This document shows, one piece after another, positions 17,993 to 26,473 of a DNA stretch of 32,000 nucleotides (position 1 is the first letter of the stretch; every line of letters starts with the position of its first letter). The DNA lies in contig NC_022093.1 of NCBI RefSeq assembly GCF_000446015.1, forward strand, positions 270,001 through 302,000. The letters run 5' to 3'. Origin of the DNA: Thermofilum adornatum. GTDB lineage: Archaea; Thermoproteota; Thermoprotei; Thermofilales; Thermofilaceae. Both the position numbers and the translations under genes were made by a program. The notes beneath the pieces are model-generated. The model was not told the origin of the DNA and did not search any database. It worked only from the letters and a program-made list of their open reading frames with translations.

Positions 17993-18966
17993 CTCTTACC
18001 CTCATGATAAAGCCAGCACCTAACAATATTTCCACTTTTTATCTCGTATGGGGGCGGACTCTCTTTCAGGCACTTCTCGAAGGCATATGGGCACCTTGGA
18101 TTAAATCTGCATCCCTGAGGCGGATTTATTAGGCTCGGTGGGGCTCCTGGTATAAATTCGAGCTTCTTGTCTGTTCTGAGTGTGGGCACGCTTGCCATGA
18201 GCTTCTCGGCGTAGGGGTGCTTCGGCCTGTAGTAGAACTCGTCGGCGTCGCTTATCTCGACTATCTCGCCTGCATACATTACTGCAACGCGGTCGGCCAG
18301 TTCGCTTGTTACTGCTATGTCGTGCGTAATAAAGATGTAGCTGAGTCCAAGCTCGTTCTTGATCTTCTTTAAGAGGTTGATTATGTTTGCCTGCGTAATC
18401 ACGTCCAGCGCGGAGGTCGGCTCGTCCAGGATAATTATTTCTGGGTGGGTTATAAGCGCCATAGCAATGACTGCTCTCTGCTTCATTCCACCGCTAAGCT
18501 CGAACGGGTAGCGGTCGGCAAAAGATTCATGTATACCTACAAGCCTCAGGTACTTTTTGGCTTCTGCCAACGCGTCTTCCCTCGAAACATTGTTGTGGAT
18601 CATAAGTGGCTCTGCGACTTGGAAGCCCACCTTTAAGACTGGATTGAGAGAGTTCTGTGCCCCCTGAAAAACCATGGAGATTTTTCTCCACCTGATGAGC
18701 CTGCGAAACATCTCGTCGCTAAGCTTCATCACGTCGTTTCCATCAATCAATATCTCGCCGCTATACGTGTGGACGTTTCTGGGCAGGAGGCGTATAAGTG
18801 CCTTGGCAAGTGAACTTTTGCCACAGCCGGACTCGCCTACAATGGCAAGGGTCTCTCCCTTCTTAAGGTCGAAGCTTACATTGTCAACCGCCTTGACCAC
18901 GCCCTTCCTGGTCGTGAAGTAAAGCCTTAGGTTTTTAACGGTCAACACGGTACTCACATTTTTCAC
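17989..18966 (-). CDS. ABC transporter ATP-binding protein, OppD/DppD type
   Basis: 325 aa. Walker A GESGCGKSS, signature LSGGMKQR, Walker B IIILDEP, and tail PQGCRFNPRCPYAFEKC. Confidence 0.92.
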   Translation of the reverse strand: MKNVSTVLTVKNLRLYFTTRKGVVKAVDNVSFDLKKGETLAIVGESGCGKSSLAKALIRLLPRNVHTYSGEILIDGNDVMKLSDEMFRRLIRWRKISMVFQGAQNSLNPVLKVGFQVAEPLMIHNNVSREDALAEAKKYLRLVGIHESFADRYPFELSGGMKQRAVIAMALITHPEIIILDEPTSALDVITQANIINLLKKIKNELGLSYIFITHDIAVTSELADRVAVMYAGEIVEISDADEFYYRPKHPYAEKLMASVPTLRTDKKLEFIPGAPPSLINPPQGCRFNPRCPYAFEKCLKESPPPYEIKSGNIVRCWLYHEGKR

Positions 18967-18968
18967 CT

Positions 18969-20408
18969 CTACATTTCCCTTAACCTTGGGTTAACTATCC
19001 TATCGAGTGCAAAGCCGAGAAATGCAAACGCGAATGCAGTCAGCATGAGTAGTATTGATGGCTCCAGGACCCAGTAGTAGTAGCCACGGTAAAGCGCGCC
19101 TGCATTCTGCGCATCGTTGAGAATCTTGCCCCATGTGGGTAGGAACGGGTCGCCTAGACCGAGGAAAGAGAGCGCTGCTTCTAGGAAAACGTATCCTGGA
19201 ACTGCTGAGATTAGGCCTGGAACTATTGGCGGCAGTATCTTGGGAATAATATAGAGGAAGATTATGCGAAGGTTAGAGGCTCCATAGGTCTTTGCTGCCT
19301 CTATGTATGGATACTCCTTGAGTGATAATACAAGTGCCCTTGTGCTCTTAATGTTGGGACCGAAAATACTAAGCACGATAACGGCTGCTAGTATCACCCA
19401 GATGTCCAACTTGTAGAAGGCGGCTATGAGTATAAGGAATTGTAGGAATGGTAAAATTAAGTATATTTCAGTGATCCTCTGAATGGCGCTGTCAATTATG
19501 CCTCCGTACCATGCACCAATAGTGGCAATTATGAGTTGCAGAAGTGAGGTTACAAGCGAAGCGGTGAGTCCAAAAGCTAGCGCGATAGGAGTGCCCCACA
19601 ATAGTGCTATTTCTAGGGGACGCCTCAGATGATCTGTACCAGCTGGCCCATAAACCTTGCCATACACTACGACACGTGCATCGAGATCTGAATCCTCGCC
19701 AAAGCATGTGGCCTCAATGGTTAGCCTGTAAACCCCCTTCTCAACATCTAGAGTGCCCTTTTCGAGGCCTTCAGCTGTATCCTTGCCAAAAGTAAGCTCC
19801 AGTGGCGACAATTTCTCGGATATATTGATTTTCCCATATTTTGAAACATAGTGGCTTAGAAGTGTATTCAAAACATCGTTGCTAATGGAGTAGTATAGGG
19901 TATCGTTGGGAGCTTTAAGTGCGAACCTGGGAAATTCAATTGTGTCACCGCCAGGTTTTTTAAGCGTGATTTTTACTAATGGTGGGTCTTTTTGGTACTT
20001 CGCATAGAAAAAGATGTTCATCTCGGATGGAAAATCGTCATAGTTAAATTCGAATAGATAATTGATGGTTACTAGTTTCATGTTTGTACCTGCTACAGGT
20101 GTGACCGCTTTTGACACGCCAAAGGTAGCAGTTTTAGAGTCAAGAATTATTGTTCTGGGAAGTTTCTTACCTACAAATATTTCCCACCATTCTGGCAGTG
20201 CATTTCTCGGATTATTGAGCCAGATGCCTTCTGCCCCCCTCCAGAGCTTGATTGCCTGGTCGTATGGTAACGCTACCATCGCATATATAGAGAGCCCTAT
20301 CAGAAAAACAAGAATAGCAATACCTAGGACGCCGGACTTGTAAGTGAGCAGTTCCTTTATGGTCGCTTTTATCCCAGACTCCATTCGTTTCGACATGTCT
20401 CCACCCAC
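18969..20408 (-). CDS. ABC transporter permease, OppC/DppC type, with an enlarged extracytoplasmic loop
   Basis: 479 aa. TM1 at residues ~25-47 and a GTDHLRRP segment (the GTD..GRD-type motif) at ~257. EAA-type loop YIEAAKTYGASNLRIIFLYIIPKILPP. A GTG start immediately follows the upstream stop (TAGGTG). Confidence 0.9.
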   Translation of the reverse strand: MGGDMSKRMESGIKATIKELLTYKSGVLGIAILVFLIGLSIYAMVALPYDQAIKLWRGAEGIWLNNPRNALPEWWEIFVGKKLPRTIILDSKTATFGVSKAVTPVAGTNMKLVTINYLFEFNYDDFPSEMNIFFYAKYQKDPPLVKITLKKPGGDTIEFPRFALKAPNDTLYYSISNDVLNTLLSHYVSKYGKINISEKLSPLELTFGKDTAEGLEKGTLDVEKGVYRLTIEATCFGEDSDLDARVVVYGKVYGPAGTDHLRRPLEIALLWGTPIALAFGLTASLVTSLLQLIIATIGAWYGGIIDSAIQRITEIYLILPFLQFLILIAAFYKLDIWVILAAVIVLSIFGPNIKSTRALVLSLKEYPYIEAAKTYGASNLRIIFLYIIPKILPPIVPGLISAVPGYVFLEAALSFLGLGDPFLPTWGKILNDAQNAGALYRGYYYWVLEPSILLMLTAFAFAFLGFALDRIVNPRLREM

Positions 20409-21473
20409 CTATGCGAAACCAGCCTTTATACGTGGATCAATAAACGCATACACAATGTCGAGTATCAGGACAGTAGCAGCTAGGAGATAAGCATAGATAA
20501 CGGTTATTCCCACCAGCACTGGGGTATCAAAGCTCTGTATCGCTTGCCACGTGACAAGCCCAAGTCCAGGCCACTGGAAAACAGTCTCAGTAATTGTGGC
20601 TCCGCCCCATGAACCTATCAAAGATAACGCGAAGCTTGTAATTATGGGTGGCAGAGATGGCCTGAGAATATACCGTGTTTCTATTAGTCTGGGAGGCAAC
20701 CCTTTAGCCTTTGCGGCCTCAACGTAGTCCTCTGTAGAGAATATCAAGAAAAATGTCCTCGTACCATAAACGCCTAAGAAGAAGCCTGAAATGATCCAGG
20801 AAGCCATGGGGAGAATCATGTGTTTCAGAACACTTAGCGCGTAGGACACAGGGTCAGGTGGCGGGGGGACGTCTACTAGGCCGCCCGGTGGCAAGAGATG
20901 GAGCCAGGTGTAGAAGATAAGTATAAGGAATATTCCGTAAAACCAGCCGGGAAGAGTAGACGTTGGAGATAAGGCAACAACTAGCCTATCAAAGAAACTG
21001 TTATAGTGGCGGGAAAGGTAGAGCCCCAGAAATAGATGTATGAAAAAGTTAAGCACAGTCACAGTTGTAAAGAGGAGCACAGTATTTGGCAATCTCTCGA
21101 GAATTATATTGCGGACAAACCTAGACCCGCTATCGCTCACCATAAATAAGGCTCTACCCAGATCCAGCGTTAAGGCATTTTTGAGGTAGATAAGGCTCCT
21201 CTCGAGAAATGGTCTATCATATCCTAGCCTTTTTACCTCGTTTTCAAACATTTGCCTAATGAGCTTGTCCTTTTCGGGACCTGGCAACGACCTATACTGT
21301 GGATTTCTATTCACAGTCTCAGTTATTTGAGTGTAAAGGTCGCCTAGAATGAATTCATCAATCTTGCCGCCCATGTTTGCAACAATAATGGTAAGGTAGA
21401 TGGCTACAACTACTGTTAAATAGATAGCTATGGCACGGATAGCTATGTACTTTAGCAAATTCTTTGAAACCAT
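20409..21473 (-). CDS. ABC transporter permease, OppB/DppB type
   Basis: 354 aa. N-terminal LLKYIAIRAI, EAA-type loop YVEAAKAKGLPPRLIETRYILRPSLPP, and C-terminal IDPRIK. Confidence 0.9.
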   Translation of the reverse strand: MVSKNLLKYIAIRAIAIYLTVVVAIYLTIIVANMGGKIDEFILGDLYTQITETVNRNPQYRSLPGPEKDKLIRQMFENEVKRLGYDRPFLERSLIYLKNALTLDLGRALFMVSDSGSRFVRNIILERLPNTVLLFTTVTVLNFFIHLFLGLYLSRHYNSFFDRLVVALSPTSTLPGWFYGIFLILIFYTWLHLLPPGGLVDVPPPPDPVSYALSVLKHMILPMASWIISGFFLGVYGTRTFFLIFSTEDYVEAAKAKGLPPRLIETRYILRPSLPPIITSFALSLIGSWGGATITETVFQWPGLGLVTWQAIQSFDTPVLVGITVIYAYLLAATVLILDIVYAFIDPRIKAGFA

Positions 21474-21538
21474 AGCAATTACGAGTCTAAACAGATAATT
21501 AAATATTTTTCCATAAATAAATAAGCAGTTAGATCTAG

Positions 21539-21558
21539 AAAAAATAAAAACAAAAAAA
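21539..21558 (-). terminator. Oligo-T tract downstream of the binding-protein gene (candidate archaeal intrinsic terminator/attenuator)
   Basis: The minus strand reads TTTTTTTGTTTTTATTTTTT, starting 28 nt after the stop at 21586. Archaeal RNAP terminates at oligo-T runs. It is followed by AT-rich TATA-like sequence ahead of the permease ATG at 21473. Confidence 0.45.
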
Positions 21559-21585
21559 GGTTAATTTTTGTTGTGAATACTCGAT

Positions 21586-24279
21586 TTATTGTCCAGTGCT
21601 GGCCTTACTGGTTTCTTTTGGCTTGCGCATTGCCAGGAAGACAGCAACGAGAGCTATGATCAAGCTGATGACCGAGACCGCGAGGACCATGTTGACTGTG
21701 CCCTGGAGTGCCGAGACACTGTTTGCAAGGTCAGAGACTTTGCCTCTAACTTCGGTTACACCTGACTCTACACCAGCAATTCTCGACTCTAGCTGGCTCC
21801 TGATTCCTGCTACCATTGTCTGGAAGTATGCTATCTGTGGAATGACTGTGAAGGGCGTCTCCTTGATTGCTGGCGTGGCTACGTCTTTGCTTAGTGCTAT
21901 CACCATGATCTTGTAGGAGCCAGGCGTCAGCTTTCCTGTGTCTTCTGGGCTAAGCTTTGCCTGCCAGGTGCCTTCTGCGGATGGTGTTGCTACGCCTTTA
22001 GCGAGGACGTTTCCAGCTGGATCCATTACTAGGAATTTCACGAAGTCCATGCGGCTGTTGGGGTACGGCTGACCCTTATAGGAGATCTTGATAGTGAAAG
22101 TTGCGTCAAGCCCAGGTACAACGTTGTCTGGCGGCTGTATTGCAAGTTCAGGTATTGGTGGAGAGCTTAGCCAGGCCCACCTGTCGGACTTGTCTGGGTA
22201 GTTCCTGTTGGCCTTAAGCACAGCTACATGGGCGTTGAAGTCTGCTGTGTCTAGGTAGTATGGTCCGTCTCCTACCCAGAAGTGTTTGTGCTGGGTGTAC
22301 CATGTTTTGAGTGCGTTGTATCTTGCTTTTGCATCGTCTACTGTGGTGTACTTGCTGAGGAAGTCTTTGAATGGAATGTATCCCTCGGCTATGCTCTCGT
22401 CAAGCATCTTTGAAAGCACTTCTAGGCTTGGGCCTCCAATGTAGTTCATCCACTCGACACCCATTTTGTCTGCCTTGTCAGCGCTGAATGCCAGCTTTCC
22501 TTTCTCCTCGGCCCTGATACCAATAGCGTATGCGTGCCACGGGAAGTTAGCCCATCCAGCAAAGTTTGAAACTACGAGCTCAACGTCGGGGCTGGTGTAG
22601 TTTACGTAGTACTCGATTACGAGTGGAGAGGTGCTGACGAATCTCTGTGCTATGAAGTACTGTCTCCAGGCCTGGAAGCTTGGTACAGCCGCCTCGTCGT
22701 ATAGCGGGCTACTTGGATCTACCCTTGCAAATGTCAGCGGCCACCCTATGACCCAGTCAGCCATACTCATCGTTGTCCCATCGTGGTACTTAATCTTCCC
22801 AATAACGTCGCCATAGTTGACGACAATCTTGAACTGTGCAACTTTTACGCCTGCCTCTCCGGCTGTGATGACCTTGTTTGCCTTTACGTCGTAAGAGTAC
22901 CAGGCGTCTGCTGGGACTTCTACTTTGTCCACGAAGGTGAGCTTGCACCAGTCACTCGAGCTTGTTGTCGGTGTTCCCTTGAGCGCGTACACCTCTGCGC
23001 TAACAGCTCTCTCTGGCAGAGGCAGCCCTGTGTAGGGGCTTGTTAGGAATGCATACCCTAAGGTAGCTGTTACCAGTATGTTGTCGTAGACCCAGTTTGA
23101 CCCGGCTACTGGGTTCCATGGCTCGACTAGGACTTCTCTCATTAGCGCATTTACAGAGCCTCCAGCCTTATCGACGTACCTGAGAGTTCTTAGAGCTATT
23201 GGGTTGCTGAATCCTCCAGAGAGGTCGGCCGCTAAGTCTACTTTAGCGCTGTAGATGTATGGGCTTATTTGGTCAACGAGCCATACCCTGACGGAGTCCT
23301 TTAAAGCCAAGGTAACTGCTTTTGCCATTAGTTCTTGCCTTTCCTCGATTGTTTTGTATTGTCCATTCCAGAGCCTTGTAGCTACATCCATGAATACTGG
23401 GTCAGGCTTGTAGGCCTGCCAGAGTGGCTCGGGGCGTCCCAGCGGTGTATAGAAGTATCCAAAGTTGCTACTGTCGTCCCTGCTCACAGCAGTGGTTATC
23501 CATCCACCTGTGTAGATGTGCCACTGTCCATCGGCTGGGTTTCCACGTATCCATATCGGGCTTGCCTCTCTAGAGGTTTTGTACATCCTTTCAACTGTGA
23601 AGCCGAGTTTCTCTAGCTGGTCGGACACGTAGTCTCCTATTTGCCTCCTCTGATCTTCTACCCTTATCAAGAACTTGATTACGACTGGTTCTCCCTTGTA
23701 GTACCATTTGCCGTCTTTATAGGTTGCTCCCATTTTGGCCATTTCCTCGAATATTATCTCTTTGCCTTTCTCAAAGTTGTAGCTGTACTGTGCTTCTAGG
23801 AGCTTTACTGTGTCTGCGAGTTTTGCATATTCTGGGAACTGTGAAACTAGCGGCAAATACTTGGGAACTGCGAAGCCGAGCATTATCTCGTTTACAATGT
23901 AGTTTCTGTCAATGATGTAGTTCATTGCTTCCCTTATTCTCGGGTTGCTGAATGGGTTGAGTTTGCCTGTCTTCGGGAACTCTGGTCCAACAGGGTTAAA
24001 TGTTAGCTCGAAGTATAGACCGAATGCATACTTGTATTTTATGTTGGGGTCTGTTTTTAGCTTCTGGGCTATTGACGCGTCTACACGGACGTCGCTGAAG
24101 TAGACCTGTGCGTCTCCCTTGTCGATCATGTCTATAACTTTTGCCGGATCCGACTCCTTTGAGAAAGCTACTTGGTCTACCCATGGTCCCTGGAGGGGCT
24201 GTGGCTGTGCGTTTAGGAGTGGAGCAATGAGAGCTACGAGGAAGATGGCTACAAGTAGTAATGAAAGTTTGTTTTTCAT
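21586..24279 (-). CDS. ABC transporter substrate-binding protein, family 5 (Opp/Dpp type), with a C-terminal Ig-like module, coiled coil and TM anchor
   Basis: 897 aa with signal peptide MKNKLSLLLVAIFLVALIAPLLNAQ. Family-5 SBP core (NPFSNPRIREAMNYIIDRNYIV, RMYKTS...WHIYTGGW). The last ~197 aa form a beta-rich module, a heptad-like segment (RSQLESRIAGVESGVTEVRGKVSDLANSVSALQGTV) and a TM (MVLAVSVISLIIALVAVFLAM). Confidence 0.85.
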   Translation of the reverse strand: MKNKLSLLLVAIFLVALIAPLLNAQPQPLQGPWVDQVAFSKESDPAKVIDMIDKGDAQVYFSDVRVDASIAQKLKTDPNIKYKYAFGLYFELTFNPVGPEFPKTGKLNPFSNPRIREAMNYIIDRNYIVNEIMLGFAVPKYLPLVSQFPEYAKLADTVKLLEAQYSYNFEKGKEIIFEEMAKMGATYKDGKWYYKGEPVVIKFLIRVEDQRRQIGDYVSDQLEKLGFTVERMYKTSREASPIWIRGNPADGQWHIYTGGWITTAVSRDDSSNFGYFYTPLGRPEPLWQAYKPDPVFMDVATRLWNGQYKTIEERQELMAKAVTLALKDSVRVWLVDQISPYIYSAKVDLAADLSGGFSNPIALRTLRYVDKAGGSVNALMREVLVEPWNPVAGSNWVYDNILVTATLGYAFLTSPYTGLPLPERAVSAEVYALKGTPTTSSSDWCKLTFVDKVEVPADAWYSYDVKANKVITAGEAGVKVAQFKIVVNYGDVIGKIKYHDGTTMSMADWVIGWPLTFARVDPSSPLYDEAAVPSFQAWRQYFIAQRFVSTSPLVIEYYVNYTSPDVELVVSNFAGWANFPWHAYAIGIRAEEKGKLAFSADKADKMGVEWMNYIGGPSLEVLSKMLDESIAEGYIPFKDFLSKYTTVDDAKARYNALKTWYTQHKHFWVGDGPYYLDTADFNAHVAVLKANRNYPDKSDRWAWLSSPPIPELAIQPPDNVVPGLDATFTIKISYKGQPYPNSRMDFVKFLVMDPAGNVLAKGVATPSAEGTWQAKLSPEDTGKLTPGSYKIMVIALSKDVATPAIKETPFTVIPQIAYFQTMVAGIRSQLESRIAGVESGVTEVRGKVSDLANSVSALQGTVNMVLAVSVISLIIALVAVFLAMRKPKETSKASTGQ

Positions 24280-24309
24280 GGTTTGTCGATTATTTTTTGT
24301 ATCTATGTC

Positions 24310-24317
24310 TATATAAA
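24310..24317 (-). promoter_or_regulatory. Candidate TATA box (TTTATATA) for the binding-protein gene
   Basis: The minus strand reads AGCTTTATATAG. The TATA box ends 31 nt upstream of the ATG at 24279, which fits an archaeal promoter with a short 5' UTR. The same 11-mer recurs at 26465-26475. Confidence 0.45.
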
Positions 24318-24451
24318 GCTTGCTCTGGATTTTGCTGGAAAAGATTCTGGGTATTATTTCTGCTTACTAATTTGACATAGATATAGCTTTAAATACGAAT
24401 TATATCATATAAAAACATTTCTGAAAAACTTTTATAAGAAAGGGTGTTTCT

Positions 24452-24871
24452 CTACTTGAGTTTTTCAAGGATTATTGCTGGGCAGACCCTTTTTACGCCT
24501 GGTATTTTTCCTATGTCTTCTATTATCTGAGTCAGGTGCTTGTTGTCTTTTGCCCATGCCTCGAGCATAAGCATGTGGTCTCCTGTCGTCAAGTAAACCT
24601 TATAGGCATATTCTTTTGATGCCAGCTGTGTCGAGACGTCTAGTATTTTTTCTGGCTCCGTGTCTATGCCTATGAGTGCTACGTGTTTGAAGCCCAGCTT
24701 TGTGGGGTCTACCTCTATTGTATATTTCCTTATTACTCCCTCTTTTTCGAGCTTCTTGAGTCTCTTTTTTATTGCTACGTCTGTCATGCCCAGCTTTTTG
24801 GCTAGATGTGTAAGCGGCGCTCTGCTGTTTTCTATGAGTTCGTTTACCAGTACGATGTCTTTCTCGTCCAT
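24452..24871 (-). CDS. Lrp/AsnC family transcriptional regulator
   Basis: 139 aa. N-terminal HTH (LTHLAKKLGMTDVAIKKRLKKLEKEGVIRKY) and a C-terminal RAM/ACT-like domain (ALIGIDTEP...GDHMLMLEAWAKD...IPGVKR). Confidence 0.9.
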   Translation of the reverse strand: MDEKDIVLVNELIENSRAPLTHLAKKLGMTDVAIKKRLKKLEKEGVIRKYTIEVDPTKLGFKHVALIGIDTEPEKILDVSTQLASKEYAYKVYLTTGDHMLMLEAWAKDNKHLTQIIEDIGKIPGVKRVCPAIILEKLK

Positions 24872-25004
24872 TTTTGTCCCTGTTTGGAGAGTAAACTTTG
24901 GTGTCTATTAAACTTTTAGAAATGTTCAAATTTTTTAACGAGGTATCTTTGTTTTCGCCAGGATGATTAGAAGATCCTTTGTGTTCGTTTCTTTAAGGTT
25001 TTGT

Positions 25005-26435
25005 CTATTTTTTCCTTCTTATCTCGTAGAATAAAAGGAAAAATACAACTACTACGGGGACAAAGACTAGTAGAAGCATGTTTCTTTCTATCAGTTTTAC
25101 CAATTCTCTTAGTATGTCGATTTTTTTCTCATATTGCTGGGTTTCGATGTGGAAGTCTGCAGTGGCTAGGTTTATTTTTTTGAGTGGCTGTACTAGTGTA
25201 GCTATGTAGAGTTGTGGTTTTTCTCTTGTCTTTGTTACTGAATATGTTGCTCTCCAGCCGTGCAACGTGGAGAAGTAAGCTGGTGCATATTTCTTGAAGT
25301 CGAGAAAATGTATTGTTATTGTTGAGCAGTTTTTGTCTAGGCATAATGCTTTCTTCTCTTCGGTGATTGTAACAAGTATGTTGCCCGCCTGGATCGCAAA
25401 TCCATTATAGTGGGTTTTGAGTGGTGTAGGGGTTCCAAGGCTAGAATTTACAATGTAAATTGTTTGTGGCATTGTGTTCCAGTAGGCTTGTTGTGGATAG
25501 CTTAATAGAAGGGTGTAGATTTTTTCCTCCTCAAGCTCTCCGTATAGAGTTACAATATATGAATCGTTGAATGTTGACGCAGAGATGGCATACATGTTTC
25601 TGTAGCCAGGAACTGCTTCCAAGTATTGTATTCCCCCGACATCTGAGACCTTGGCGATAAAGGCATCTGGGGTTCCGTCTCCACCGACTGTTGTTCCAAC
25701 GAGAATTATAGACCCATCTCTCGCCAATAAAGCGTCTTCTAGGTTTTCTCGCCCCGCGCCTCCAACCGCCATGTCGCCTAATAGCTTGAGGTCAGGTGTA
25801 AGTCTTGCTATGAGTATGTCGCTCTGTGAGACGTTGTAAGCATAGGTGTCTCCTGCTATAACTATGGTTTTCCCGTCGAAAAGCATCCTTTTTGGATAGT
25901 CGTCGAAAGCTTCGCTTCCAAAGACTATAGAGTCAATGATTTTTTCTGTTGTAATGTTGTACCTGATTACTATGATGTCTGATTCGCTGACTGGTCTGTA
26001 GCGGTAAATGTAGCCAGAGATATAGAGCGTGTCGTTAAGGGGTAATAGGTCAACACCGAAGAGAGGCAAGTCCGCATAAATTAGTATGATTCTTGGCTCT
26101 TCCCCCGGAGAAACATCGACAAGGAGAATAGCTGGAAACTCATAGATATATATTGTTCCAACGTAGAAGAATTTTTTGCAACATTCAGCCGCGTTCACTA
26201 TGTATCCAGGCATTTGACCAAGGTATGCCGCTCTCCATTCGCCACTGGTTATTCCAAAAAACGGGAAGCTGTTTTCATAGGTTTTGACTGTTCCTCCGAA
26301 GAGTATTGTGTTGTTTTCAATATTTGAGAAGAATATTTCTGGTGCTTGTTGCTCGGCTGGCTGGAGGAGCAAAGGTTGCTGTGGCAAGGTTAATACGAAT
26401 AACAAGAACAGCAAGAGAAATTTATGTTTCTCCAT
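25005..26435 (-). CDS. Hypothetical secreted, C-terminally anchored protein with SBBP-like beta-propeller repeat signatures
   Basis: 476 aa with signal peptide MEKHKFLLLFLLFVLTLP. Recurrent D-(I/A)-(I/F)-(V/I)-(I/A)-(R/K) strands resemble the DAFVAKL repeat of SBBP propeller repeats: SDIIVIRYNITTEKII, SDILIARLTPDLKLL, PDAFIAKVSDVGGIQY. C-terminal TM (LLLVFVPVVVVFFLLFY) plus a basic tail. Confidence 0.55.
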   Translation of the reverse strand: MEKHKFLLLFLLFVLTLPQQPLLLQPAEQQAPEIFFSNIENNTILFGGTVKTYENSFPFFGITSGEWRAAYLGQMPGYIVNAAECCKKFFYVGTIYIYEFPAILLVDVSPGEEPRIILIYADLPLFGVDLLPLNDTLYISGYIYRYRPVSESDIIVIRYNITTEKIIDSIVFGSEAFDDYPKRMLFDGKTIVIAGDTYAYNVSQSDILIARLTPDLKLLGDMAVGGAGRENLEDALLARDGSIILVGTTVGGDGTPDAFIAKVSDVGGIQYLEAVPGYRNMYAISASTFNDSYIVTLYGELEEEKIYTLLLSYPQQAYWNTMPQTIYIVNSSLGTPTPLKTHYNGFAIQAGNILVTITEEKKALCLDKNCSTITIHFLDFKKYAPAYFSTLHGWRATYSVTKTREKPQLYIATLVQPLKKINLATADFHIETQQYEKKIDILRELVKLIERNMLLLVFVPVVVVFFLLFYEIRRKK

Positions 26436-26464
26436 TTCCTCCCGTGTTGTGAATGAGCATAAAG

Positions 26465-26472
26465 TATATAAA
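26465..26472 (-). promoter_or_regulatory. Candidate TATA box (TTTATATA) for the 476-aa surface-protein gene
   Basis: The minus strand reads AGCTTTATATAC, ending 30 nt upstream of the ATG at 26435. It overlaps the stop codon (26474-26476) of the upstream nuclease-HTH gene. GGGAGGAA lies directly upstream of the ATG. Confidence 0.4.
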
Positions 26473-26473
26473 G

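Noticed and set aside
21551-21570. Small hairpin CAAAAA-N8-TTTTTG downstream of the SBP gene
   Set aside because: The 6-bp stem is almost all A-T and would not be stable at high growth temperature. The region is better explained as an oligo-T terminator tract.
24600-24929. 109-aa minus-strand ORF overlapping the Lrp/AsnC gene in another frame, and an 83-aa plus-strand ORF at 24660-24911
   Set aside because: The Lrp frame has a full HTH plus RAM domain. The alternative frames give Arg/Lys-rich or Ser/Phe-rich low-complexity products.
24961-24970. GGATGATTAG, a C-box-like sequence in the spacer upstream of the Lrp gene
   Set aside because: It is an imperfect C box, and no CTGA D box occurs within the following ~70 nt.
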